Below, piece by piece: positions 8,728 through 17,677 of a stretch of DNA of 64,000 bases (the first letter of the stretch is position 1; each line of letters starts with the position of its first letter). The notes beneath the pieces were generated by a model. That model searched no databases. It was not told where the DNA came from and was given only the letters and a program-made list of their open reading frames with translations. Source of the DNA: a virus. The translations under genes and the position numbers were made by a program. The stretch is from IMG/VR virus record IMGVR_UViG_3300009999_000003, positions 817-64,816 of that record; one strand, 5' to 3'.

Positions 8728-9288
8728 ATGAAAAAAGCAGTCGTAAACGTTGTATTGGCAGGATTATTAATGGCAGGTTGTGCATCCAACTCTCTCACAG
8801 ATTCATCAAAAAATAAAAATCACGATCAGCACGTATATAAATCAGACGGATACAAGACAGAGATATTCCTAATCACTGAAGACGAGAAGGATGGTTGGTA
8901 CTTTGCTCCGCCAATCAATCGAAAAGGCGGTGGATACGCATTCGACAAGAAGAAGTACAATGTAGGAGACGTTGTTAGCGCAAAATATAAAGATGACGAC
9001 GTAAAGGAAGAACATAAAGTAGTCGGAAAAGAACTGGCTCTTGTTGAAAGATTGTTTAGTAAGAGAATCGATACTCTTTCAGGATATAAAACAGAAAACT
9101 TCTTAATTACGACTAAAGAAAAAGATGGTTGGTATTTTGCTTCGCCTTTAGATCGCAAAGGTGGCGGATACGCTTTTGATAAATCAAAATATAGCGTAGG
9201 CGACGTAGTGAATGTAACGTACAAAGATGACAACGTAAAAGAAGAACATAAGGTAACTGGAAAAGAACTGGCATCACTTAAGAAATAA
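8728..9288 (+). CDS. Lipoprotein with two tandem ~65-aa repeats
   Basis: Signal peptide with LMAGC lipobox; GYKTE.FLIT..EKDGWYFA.P..RKGGGYAFDK repeated. Confidence 0.85.
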   Translation: MKKAVVNVVLAGLLMAGCASNSLTDSSKNKNHDQHVYKSDGYKTEIFLITEDEKDGWYFAPPINRKGGGYAFDKKKYNVGDVVSAKYKDDDVKEEHKVVGKELALVERLFSKRIDTLSGYKTENFLITTKEKDGWYFASPLDRKGGGYAFDKSKYSVGDVVNVTYKDDNVKEEHKVTGKELASLKK

Positions 9289-9303
9289 ACTTAGAATAAA
9301 AAA

Positions 9304-9344
9304 AGAATCGATACTCTTTCTGAATGAAAGGGTATCGATTTTCT
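9304..9344 (+). terminator. Intrinsic terminator-like hairpin
   Basis: AATCGATACTCTTTC/GAAAGGGTATCGATT stem followed by TTCT. Confidence 0.65.
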
Positions 9345-9812
9345 CATTAAATAGTTAGAATAAAGAAGTAAAGGAAAAAGAAAATTTATATATATTGTTT
9401 TTTACATATTTTTATATTAGATGTATAATATAGTAATTATCTATGTGTATTACTACATAGTATTTAAAAAATGTGATTAAATAGTCTGTAGTATTGTATT
9501 TTTATATCATTGATAGTTAGTTAAAAAATGATGTGCATTTCATAACTATTTTAATAGTTCTATGTTTTAATGGAGTTTATGACTTTATTACAATGTATTT
9601 GAATCACGTTTTAATACGAGGGGAGTGCATAGTAAAAGAGTATGTTTTTTATGATCGTTAAAAAAGGTAAAATTATTCATATTACACGAGCTATTTCTCT
9701 CATCTACATAATTAATAAGCTGAGCCAAAAAATAATATGACACCAAACAGTACTGATATTCGTATAAATGCCAAAGGTTTGACATTTTGAATTCGTATAT
9801 TCAGTATTTCAT

Positions 9813-10706
9813 ATGCTAGATATAAAGTGTTTGGAAATGATCAGCTTAGAATATTGTGATTTGAAAATCTCTCGTGAGAGTAAGGTGTGTTCAATGATGT
9901 TTGGTCAACGATATAAAGGGAGAGGAAGAGTTTCTAGTCTAGCGAATTATGTTCAATTAGATATAACTGGTTTAAATGCCACAGATATAGTCCGTACTTA
10001 TTTTGAGTTAAAGATAGATAAACCTATTATATTATTCTTGGACAACGTACAAAAACAAGAGGATAAAAACTTCTTGGACGATATACTAAAAGCAGAAAAA
10101 ATTTATGATGTAAAAGATGCTATAGTAAGTCTTAAAGCGTTTGGAGCAGATGTCTTGGCGCTCACATTGACTCCAGTATCTAGAGATGGATTGAGTAACT
10201 TGAACAATATTAACAAATCTGATGAAAGAATAGTGAAAACCATAGGCTTCAATGATTGGATGGATAAGCTGAATGACATTTATAAAATTCCAGTGCTTGC
10301 AAAGAACACAAAAGATAAAGAACTTTTCCTTTCGTATCCAGAAGAGATAATAGAATTTAGTAAGAGTAATAAAATAACCTTAGATTCGATAGAGTTAGTA
10401 GATATTTTAATTGAAGAAAAAGAAGAGCAATATTTGGAGTTCATACACAGAATTAATCGCAAGAACATCCAAGAAGTGCATTTGAAAGATATAGAATCTT
10501 GTAAGAAAATAAGTAACTATTATGAAATTGACACATATAACACTTTTACAACATATAATTATGATCAATGCTATCAAAAGCTGTTAAATGAATTTGCAAA
10601 GCACATAGCCGACGTTCCGTGGGCGACACTGCTACTTCATGGTAGTGGTGGAAGTGGAAAAGAATTTGAGAAGAACGTTAAGATAATACAGGATCGCATT
10701 GGGTAA
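9813..10706 (+). CDS. AT-rich hypothetical protein (start uncertain)
   Basis: 297-aa ORF; no clear RBS. Confidence 0.6.
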   Translation: MLDIKCLEMISLEYCDLKISRESKVCSMMFGQRYKGRGRVSSLANYVQLDITGLNATDIVRTYFELKIDKPIILFLDNVQKQEDKNFLDDILKAEKIYDVKDAIVSLKAFGADVLALTLTPVSRDGLSNLNNINKSDERIVKTIGFNDWMDKLNDIYKIPVLAKNTKDKELFLSYPEEIIEFSKSNKITLDSIELVDILIEEKEEQYLEFIHRINRKNIQEVHLKDIESCKKISNYYEIDTYNTFTTYNYDQCYQKLLNEFAKHIADVPWATLLLHGSGGSGKEFEKNVKIIQDRIG

Positions 10707-10744
10707 ATGCTTTCCTGTATTATCTTATTTACTAAACAAAAGTA

Positions 10745-10773
10745 TTGAATATATGAATTGATATTGATATAAT
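10745..10773 (+). promoter_or_regulatory. sigmaA promoter overlapping 18-bp motif
   Basis: TTGAAT-17-TATAAT with extended TG. Confidence 0.75.
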
Positions 10774-10809
10774 TATATCAAGTTATACACCTCAGAAATG
10801 GAGCTTTAC

Positions 10810-11151
10810 ATGCATCAAAGTAATATCGTGAAAGAAGTCGTTGAGGAGATTAAAAAAACCAAGAGCAAGGTTCTCAGCTCAAAGGATGTATCTATTCTTG
10901 TTGAGAAAATTCTAGGAGATGACGTTGATTCGATCGTAGTATCTGAAGTGAAAGAGGCTCTTAAGATGAGTGATGAATTAGATTACTTTAGAGAAGGTTC
11001 GTGCATTCATGAAGACAAATTTTACTGGTCAGCAGGAAATTGGTTTTCGCTGAAAGGAATGTACAAGAATGCGGTCGAAGCCAAATCCAAGATAGGCATC
11101 TACTCTTGGCAAAGATTCGTCGACGATAATGCACCACATTTAGAGATTTAA
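10810..11151 (+). CDS. Hypothetical protein
   Basis: GGAG RBS, 113 aa. Confidence 0.7.
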   Translation: MHQSNIVKEVVEEIKKTKSKVLSSKDVSILVEKILGDDVDSIVVSEVKEALKMSDELDYFREGSCIHEDKFYWSAGNWFSLKGMYKNAVEAKSKIGIYSWQRFVDDNAPHLEI

Positions 11152-11272
11152 TAAAAATTTCTAAAACAAAAGTATTGACCGTAAAAGGGAATACTGCTAC
11201 ACCATCTAGGCTTAAGAAGAGGATCGAACAGATTCTCTTTTTAAGTATAAAAAAGGACAGGGGAATAGGGAA

Positions 11273-11842
11273 ATGGACAAGAAATTTAGACATTATGCAA
11301 TTATCGTCGGGATCATGGTTGCCGTACTCTTTTTAGGACAAGCGATCGGAAGTACCGGAGCAGAAACAGAAATTAATGGCAAGGAAGCTAGTGTTGAAAG
11401 CTTGAACAAAGAGATCAAGACTTTGGAAGCTAAGAAGCAAAGTATTTCAAAAGAAAACAAGGAAGCATTGGACGTCGTTAAAAAGCGTGACTCAATCGAA
11501 GCTGATGTGAAAAAGCTTGATTCTAAATATAAAGCATTGCAGAAGAAGGTCACTGAGAAGGAAGACCTCTTAGATAGACTCACAGTTAAAATGATCATGA
11601 CGAAGAGCAAACCGATCGTTCTCGGAGCAGGACAATATGTAATCGGAAAAGATATTCCTGCAGGTCGATATCGTGCATCAAACGTTGGAGAAGGTTCAAA
11701 CTTCATTGTCACATCGGGTGAAGGAGATTTGAAAGTAAATACAATCCTAGGTTCTAGCGGAGAAGAGAATTATATGTTCTTTGGTGAAACAGGAGATAAC
11801 TTAGAAACAGGTTCTAGTATTAAGCTAGAGCAATTCGAGTAA
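11273..11842 (+). CDS. Membrane-anchored coiled-coil protein
   Basis: N-terminal TM, coiled coil, C-terminal LGAGQYVIGKDIPAGRY beta-domain common in prophage membrane proteins. Confidence 0.8.
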   Translation: MDKKFRHYAIIVGIMVAVLFLGQAIGSTGAETEINGKEASVESLNKEIKTLEAKKQSISKENKEALDVVKKRDSIEADVKKLDSKYKALQKKVTEKEDLLDRLTVKMIMTKSKPIVLGAGQYVIGKDIPAGRYRASNVGEGSNFIVTSGEGDLKVNTILGSSGEENYMFFGETGDNLETGSSIKLEQFE

Positions 11843-11921
11843 AAGTATAGTCGCAATTGTGCTTGACACACGGCACAGTAGCGACTATACTTTTAATTAT
11901 CAAGTGTAATACTATCACAGT
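11841..11921 (+). promoter_or_regulatory. Hairpin-embedded sigmaA promoter plus 19-bp operator
   Basis: TTGACA(11863)-17-TATACT inside inverted repeat 11841-11894; AGTGTAATACTATCACAGT at 11903-11921. Confidence 0.8.
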
Positions 11922-11936
11922 AAGGAGGTGCCTAAA

Positions 11937-12263
11937 ATGGCAGGAAGAGATTTTGGAAGACGTGTATCTCAGTTGAGAGTGGAATCAGGATACGAAAGTC
12001 AGCGTAGCTTTGCAATCGCATTGAACGTTTCAAATGCGACGGTCGCAAGGATTGAACGTGGAGAGAGTGAGCCAACCAGTGAGACGCTAGAGAAGATGGC
12101 GGAACTGTTGGGTATGGAATATGTTTACCTTCTTGAATTGAGAGATGAAGCATTTAAGGACGAGGCAAGAACGGTTTACGACAGGCTGAAATTGCTCGAC
12201 AAGGATCAGATTAATCTCGTTACTAATCTCATCGATCAATTTTTGAAGACAGGAACTAAGTAA
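11937..12263 (+). CDS. XRE-family HTH transcriptional regulator
   Basis: LRVESG.ESQRSFA..LNVSNATVARIERGESEPT HTH_3 pattern; AAGGAGG RBS. Confidence 0.9.
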   Translation: MAGRDFGRRVSQLRVESGYESQRSFAIALNVSNATVARIERGESEPTSETLEKMAELLGMEYVYLLELRDEAFKDEARTVYDRLKLLDKDQINLVTNLIDQFLKTGTK

Positions 12264-12278
12264 AAACTGGGAGGGTTT

Positions 12279-12629
12279 ATGATGCCTAAATTGAATGTTA
12301 AAGACTCTTGGAAGTTGGATAGTAAATTGGCAAATCAACTTGGAATAGATAAGAGTATCTACGAAGAAGATGCCGAGTTGAGAAACCTCTTTGTCGACAT
12401 GGGTAACACTGAGTTTTTTATAAACAAGAATCGTACAACGATCACTCAGCTAATGGAGTTTAGAGATTCAATTGAATTCAAGGCGATGCTTCCGGCAGTG
12501 AAGGAGACTATCATAGATAGAATTGAAGCACTCAAAAAGGAAATCGACAACTTTGAAAGAATCCGAAAAGAGATAATGAGCCAATTAGAGAAAGTTGGAA
12601 ATGCAAATAATTCTATTTCTAAAGATTAA
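12279..12629 (+). CDS. Coiled-coil hypothetical protein
   Basis: 116 aa, GGGAGG RBS. Confidence 0.75.
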   Translation: MMPKLNVKDSWKLDSKLANQLGIDKSIYEEDAELRNLFVDMGNTEFFINKNRTTITQLMEFRDSIEFKAMLPAVKETIIDRIEALKKEIDNFERIRKEIMSQLEKVGNANNSISKD

Positions 12630-12648
12630 TGAAATCAGACTTTTATTA
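12627..12648 (+). repeat. TAATGAAA-N6-TTTTATTA site, copy 1
   Basis: Same arms at 38173 (reverse) and 58921. Confidence 0.7.
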
Positions 12649-12667
12649 GACACTGGAGGAAGTTAAA

Positions 12668-12922
12668 ATGGCATTAGAAAAAGTAGGAAACCTTGGACAA
12701 ATCGAATTAATGAGCAGACTTGTAAATCAGAAGATGATGCATGCGTTCGATAATAACGGAGAAATCACTTTTAGCGCAGATGAAGCTAAGGAGTTAGATC
12801 AGATTGTCAAGGACTTTCAGTATGTCGTCAGCAATCTGAAAATGTGGAAAAACGGATTAGAGAGTGATGGTTATGGTGGTCTTATTGACGTCATCAAGAC
12901 GATCGAGAAAAAGGATTTGTAA
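12668..12922 (+). CDS. Hypothetical protein
   Basis: 84 aa, GGAGG RBS. Confidence 0.75.
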   Translation: MALEKVGNLGQIELMSRLVNQKMMHAFDNNGEITFSADEAKELDQIVKDFQYVVSNLKMWKNGLESDGYGGLIDVIKTIEKKDL

Positions 12923-12938
12923 TAAAGAGGTGAAAGCA

Positions 12939-13604
12939 ATGTCGAAGTTTCCGGACAAGTATAACTTGACTAGGAGAGAAAGCGTATTTCTTGCAAAGAA
13001 GACTCTCGTAGCAAGTATTTACAACAGTGCAAGACTTGAAGGAGTTAATATCACATTCCCCGAAACGAAAGTCATCGTCGATGGCACAGCGATCTCCGGA
13101 ATGGACTTAGATGACCTTCAAATCATCTTAAATCTCAGAAACGCTTGGAAATACATTTTAAACAATATCAGCTCAGAAGAAACTCTTGACCTAGCATGCA
13201 AGATAAATGGTTTTGTCTCATACAATGAAAGCCTTGAGTGGGGAGATATCCGGAAGGGTAGCGTGGGGATTAGCGGAGTTAATTACAAGCCGGAAGTTCC
13301 CGATCGTAAAGAGACCGAGAAATACATCTCTGAACTGATGAACTCTGATGAATCGATTACATTCAAAGCAATCCGCTACATGCTGTATGGAATGCGGAGC
13401 CAGTTATTTTGGGACGGCAATAAGCGAACGAGTACATTGTTTGCAAATAAGATGTTGATTAAACACGGAAAAGGATTAATCAGCGTTCCGGAAGAATTAT
13501 TGCCGGAGTTCCATAAACGACTATCTGCTTTCTATGAGACTAATGATTATGGAGAGATTGACACGTTTATTTATGAGAAATGTCTATACGGAATTGATTA
13601 CTAA
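12939..13604 (+). CDS. Fic/Doc family protein
   Basis: SARLEG and QLFWDGNKRT (Fic motif with His replaced by Gln); GAGGTG RBS. Confidence 0.85.
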   Translation: MSKFPDKYNLTRRESVFLAKKTLVASIYNSARLEGVNITFPETKVIVDGTAISGMDLDDLQIILNLRNAWKYILNNISSEETLDLACKINGFVSYNESLEWGDIRKGSVGISGVNYKPEVPDRKETEKYISELMNSDESITFKAIRYMLYGMRSQLFWDGNKRTSTLFANKMLIKHGKGLISVPEELLPEFHKRLSAFYETNDYGEIDTFIYEKCLYGIDY

Positions 13605-13683
13605 AATATTTGTCGATATTTTGCTTGACACACGGCACAGTATCGACTAATATTTTACTTATCAAGTGTAATACTATCACAGT
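13602..13683 (+). promoter_or_regulatory. Second copy of hairpin-embedded promoter plus 19-bp operator
   Basis: TTGACA(13625)-17-TAATAT; near-identical to 11841-11921; operator 13665-13683. Confidence 0.8.
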
Positions 13684-13705
13684 AATTAAAAGGAGCTAAT
13701 TTAAA

Positions 13706-13927
13706 ATGCCATCACAATTTGAAGAAATCACAAAAAAAGTAGACGGTAAGACCACACTGATCGGAACGGTCGGGATGTTTATCGTTAGTATGGTAGGAAA
13801 CAAAGGTATTGGAACCTATGAGGCGACATTAAAACACGGTGGAGTCGTTGGTAGCTACGATACTTTTGAAGAAGCGGTAGAAGCATTGCACGAAGCTTAC
13901 GACAATCACATTGGAGGGAATCTATAA
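13706..13927 (+). CDS. Hypothetical protein (paralog array)
   Basis: 73 aa, AAGGAG RBS. Confidence 0.75.
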   Translation: MPSQFEEITKKVDGKTTLIGTVGMFIVSMVGNKGIGTYEATLKHGGVVGSYDTFEEAVEALHEAYDNHIGGNL

Positions 13928-14508
13928 TGACTAAAATTACTGTAATCGATTTGACTGGGAAAGAAGAAGTTCAAGTAAGTGGAGAAGGCTTCTTAACACG
14001 CATCATTCGTCGTGTTGTTGCAGGTGAGCGAGTGGTAGGAGAAGTAATTGAAGAGAAAATTTCACAGTTGATCATGTACAAGGCTGAAGTAAGAGATGGA
14101 TTAATCGTTCATCAAGCTGAGGATAAATTTAACGAAGTTGAGCAAGCGATCGATGCAATCAAGCATTGGTACCAAGAAGAAGAGGATTTCATTCGTCAGG
14201 CTTCTGCGAATCCAAGCCACTATCAAAGTGTCATGAAAGAGTTTGGCATTAGTCATAATGACTTCATGAATAACGCACCAATTCGAATTGAAATTCTAGT
14301 CATCGATGACAAGCGAAAAGAAATTGAAGTGTTGAATCGATTGATCAGTGACGCAAAATCAGATATCGATTTACTCTCAACAGATGAAAGCGATCCTATT
14401 GCAAAGGTTCAGCTTGTTGAGATTTCTAATCGAGAGAGTGAGATTAAACGCTTGAAAGAAGATATTAAAGTAAGTGAAGAGAGAATCAACAAGGCGTTGA
14501 ATCGTTAA
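13927..14508 (+). CDS. Hypothetical coiled-coil protein (paralog array)
   Basis: 193 aa, GGAGGG RBS. Confidence 0.8.
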   Translation: MTKITVIDLTGKEEVQVSGEGFLTRIIRRVVAGERVVGEVIEEKISQLIMYKAEVRDGLIVHQAEDKFNEVEQAIDAIKHWYQEEEDFIRQASANPSHYQSVMKEFGISHNDFMNNAPIRIEILVIDDKRKEIEVLNRLISDAKSDIDLLSTDESDPIAKVQLVEISNRESEIKRLKEDIKVSEERINKALNR

Positions 14509-14534
14509 TTAATCGGACACGGGAGGAATAGCAG

Positions 14535-15116
14535 ATGATTTCATTCACAGTAAATCGATTTGAGGATAAGGAACGAGTTGTCAAAGAGACGTCAATGGTA
14601 GTTACGAGCGTTATGGCAGAAGTTGTTGGTAACGGTTCGAATGTAGGGACTGTATTTCTTCACGATCAGGAAGTAACCAAGCATTATTCAGCCGAAGATG
14701 AGCATGGCAGAAGCCATACTGTAGATGACGTGGAGAGCGGAATTGAACTCATCAAAGAAGTACATGAAGAGTCGGAGAGTGAGAAAGCGGATCTTAGAGT
14801 AGAATATAGCAAGATCATTGACAGCGTGAAAAAATACGCTCCAGTGTCCGAGGAGTTGTACGTCAAAAGCGGAAATGTTCGAACTTATCTTGACAACATC
14901 TTTATGGTTCAACATTACATCGATCTCCTTCAAGGGAAACTGAATGATATCGAAGCATCGAAATCAACAGAAGAATATGCTTCTATTCCAAGTGTTCTAA
15001 AAGATGTAATCGAAGAAAAAGTAACGTACTACAAAGATGAAATTTCTAAGCTTCAAAAGGAACGGGATGAGCAATTGGGATACCTTAAAAGTAGCGTAGG
15101 AGATAATAATCAATGA
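14535..15116 (+). CDS. Hypothetical coiled-coil protein (paralog array)
   Basis: 193 aa, GGGAGG RBS. Confidence 0.8.
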   Translation: MISFTVNRFEDKERVVKETSMVVTSVMAEVVGNGSNVGTVFLHDQEVTKHYSAEDEHGRSHTVDDVESGIELIKEVHEESESEKADLRVEYSKIIDSVKKYAPVSEELYVKSGNVRTYLDNIFMVQHYIDLLQGKLNDIEASKSTEEYASIPSVLKDVIEEKVTYYKDEISKLQKERDEQLGYLKSSVGDNNQ

Positions 15117-15439
15117 GCTATACATTCCTGTCTTATCAGACCATCCAAAGCGATCTCGAGAGATTCTCCAAGAGTCTCTCCGAGAAGCTCGGACTTACTG
15201 TTAATCCATTGATGAATGAAATGGACGAATCTCCGGAACAAGAAGTAGGGTACGAGATGAAGTCTCAAGATGATTTTTATGTCGTCACTCGAAGTTATCT
15301 CCGGAATAATCGTGTAGAATATGCTGTGAAAGATCGTGATAGCCATTGGAACGTGCATCATAACGGGACAAAGGTAGTCAGAGAGTTTCCGACACTTCAA
15401 GAAGTAATTGATTACATCAAAAGCGTAGAGGTGAAATAA
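15113..15439 (+). CDS. Hypothetical protein
   Basis: 108 aa, ATGA overlap. Confidence 0.75.
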   Translation: MSYTFLSYQTIQSDLERFSKSLSEKLGLTVNPLMNEMDESPEQEVGYEMKSQDDFYVVTRSYLRNNRVEYAVKDRDSHWNVHHNGTKVVREFPTLQEVIDYIKSVEVK

Positions 15440-15440
15440 G

Positions 15441-16046
15441 ATGACGAAGCTATCAGTTCGTAATTATGATGATAAATTAAGCGATTTGTTATCTAGAGTG
15501 AGAGACGAAGCAATAGTGGCTGAGATGCTTGATGGCGAGATCATCATAGGTGAAATTCATGCGAGGCGTGTAATTATAGATGAGTTCACTTATACAGCAG
15601 AGCTGATCGATGTAAACGGAAAGTTAGAGACAACTATTGGTGAATTTGACTCGGTAGAAGATGCGGTTAAACATGTGCAAGCATTCCTTGACCATCAAGA
15701 GTATTTATTCAAGATGCTTGCAGTGAACGAAGATGAATTGTATGAATTCTCGAAGAAAATTGGAGTCGAACTTCCCTATTCGCTATATCAAGGTTCAAAT
15801 GATTTCATGAATAGCGTATTCGGTTTGATGACAAACGAACACAATAGAGAAACACTTGAACAGAGCGTTATGAATACGGCAACATTTACAAAGACCGCTC
15901 AATATGATGAGTTGCCGGAATTCATAAAAGAGAGAATTAATAAGTCTCTCGACAAGGATCAACAAGACCTAGCAGAAACATTTGAATTAGCGAAGGAAAA
16001 TCTTTTGCGCAAAATCAATGAACAGCTCTCAAGAAGCTCTCATTAA
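15441..16046 (+). CDS. Hypothetical coiled-coil protein (paralog array)
   Basis: 201 aa, GAGGTG RBS. Confidence 0.8.
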   Translation: MTKLSVRNYDDKLSDLLSRVRDEAIVAEMLDGEIIIGEIHARRVIIDEFTYTAELIDVNGKLETTIGEFDSVEDAVKHVQAFLDHQEYLFKMLAVNEDELYEFSKKIGVELPYSLYQGSNDFMNSVFGLMTNEHNRETLEQSVMNTATFTKTAQYDELPEFIKERINKSLDKDQQDLAETFELAKENLLRKINEQLSRSSH

Positions 16047-16060
16047 GGAGTTAGAAAGGC

Positions 16061-16615
16061 GTGAGTAAGTTGTACGAAGAGACAAACTGGAGAGATTTAG
16101 AGGGAAAGTGGAACAACGAGCCTGATCACCTGTCAATCGATAATGGTGAGTTTCACCTTGTAGTTTCTCGCAATCATAGCGGTACTCTCAACGGGTATGT
16201 TGGAGTAAGAGTAGACAATCCTCTCTTTCAAAAAGGTATCGATCATTCGTACCTAGATTTTATAAATGTTCATGGCGGACTAACGTTCTCGGGTTCCGGA
16301 TTCATCTCTCATGAATTCAAGAATACACACTGGTACTTCGGTTTCGATACTGCGCATGGCGGAGACCTTGTCCCTAGCATAGTAGCTATGAGAGGAATGA
16401 CGGAGAAATTCTCCAATCCTTTGTTTGCACTGTTACCATCGCCAATTTCTCTCAAAGAGGAGTACAGAGATCTTAACTATGTCACGGACAATGTTAATAG
16501 CCTGTATGAGCAACTGATGTCGATTTCTAAAGATATCGGCAAGAAAGAAACAAGCCACATCAAAATGTATCGCAAGCTACGTCGATTAAAGAACAAGTAT
16601 AAGCAATGGATGTAA
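16061..16615 (+). CDS. Conserved phage hypothetical protein
   Basis: GYVGV..VHGGLTF..FGFDTAH.GD motif series seen in many phage proteins. Confidence 0.75.
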   Translation: MSKLYEETNWRDLEGKWNNEPDHLSIDNGEFHLVVSRNHSGTLNGYVGVRVDNPLFQKGIDHSYLDFINVHGGLTFSGSGFISHEFKNTHWYFGFDTAHGGDLVPSIVAMRGMTEKFSNPLFALLPSPISLKEEYRDLNYVTDNVNSLYEQLMSISKDIGKKETSHIKMYRKLRRLKNKYKQWM

Positions 16616-16620
16616 TCAAA

Positions 16621-16683
16621 TTACGAGCTGAGGTCGACTTGACTTCAAGCTCGTAACTGAGTATACTGTAATAGTGTTACAGT
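16621..16683 (+). promoter_or_regulatory. Hairpin-associated sigmaA promoter plus 19-bp operator
   Basis: TTGACT(16639)-17-TATACT; TTACGAGCT/AGCTCGTAA inverted repeat; ACTGTAATAGTGTTACAGT 16665-16683. Confidence 0.75.
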
Positions 16684-16735
16684 TATTAAGTGATTGAAAC
16701 CATATAACCAAAACGATGATTGGAGCTGAGTGGAA

Positions 16736-17677
16736 ATGGCAAACGTAGAACAGTTGAGAGAGAAGGCAGAAAAGGCAAGAGAACGTGTAGAGAAGTCAAA
16801 GCTCACGATCGCTCGTCATGAAAAGACATTGTCAAAGAAGATTGAAGCCGTTCTTGAGGCGACAGGAATCGATGTCAAAGGAATGAACAAGGACGAGGTT
16901 TGGAGCGCTCTTAATCCCCGTGAAAATGACAACTTTGAGTTAGCATTTGGTGTTTCTCGTGCGTTGGAAGCAATCGTAGAATCGAATAAGAAACTGATCG
17001 AGAACGAGAAGACGTTGAGTAACTGGGAAGTGAAGTTGGATAAGGAAGTGAATCAAGAGCGGTTCATGAATGATAATGCACCACAGATTTTGAAAGACTT
17101 TGTCCAAGCGTGGAAGGAAAAGGCGCATGAGTGGTATATCTTCAATTACAACTTCATGGTAAAGACTCTTGATTCACTCAAAGAAAAACGTCACCTAGCA
17201 ACGATTGCATATGTTGAAGGGCATCCGGAACAGATGGGAGCTTACCTAGGTGAGAACGGAAAGATTGCAAGCTACTGGGAGAACGATACCATCAACATTA
17301 GATCAAGAGGTCTTGCTGAGCATTTAGAAGAGAATGAGCTTGATCGCATGGCAGAGAAGAAGGTAAAGGCTAATTTTGGACTGCTGATCAACGACATGTA
17401 CAGTGTCAGGTTTGATGAGGAGAGAAGACTTGCCATGTTGGAAACATTCTTGGAAAATGAGAGAAAGGCGAAACTTTTAGATCTCGTTCACCGTATTACT
17501 CATATCACAGGTGAAATCACAGATGCTGAAGACCTCTACATCAGTGAAAAAGGGAATCTTGATGGCACCGTTATCGGAGAAAAGGGTACTGCAGTCGTAA
17601 ATACAATTGGCGCAGGTGGATGGAATATTCAATGTTTTCATTACCGGACGCTAGTAAAGGAATTGAAAACGAAATGA
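16736..17677 (+). CDS. Conserved phage coiled-coil protein
   Basis: 313 aa ending TIGAGGWNIQCFHYRTLVK. Confidence 0.75.
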   Translation: MANVEQLREKAEKARERVEKSKLTIARHEKTLSKKIEAVLEATGIDVKGMNKDEVWSALNPRENDNFELAFGVSRALEAIVESNKKLIENEKTLSNWEVKLDKEVNQERFMNDNAPQILKDFVQAWKEKAHEWYIFNYNFMVKTLDSLKEKRHLATIAYVEGHPEQMGAYLGENGKIASYWENDTINIRSRGLAEHLEENELDRMAEKKVKANFGLLINDMYSVRFDEERRLAMLETFLENERKAKLLDLVHRITHITGEITDAEDLYISEKGNLDGTVIGEKGTAVVNTIGAGGWNIQCFHYRTLVKELKTK

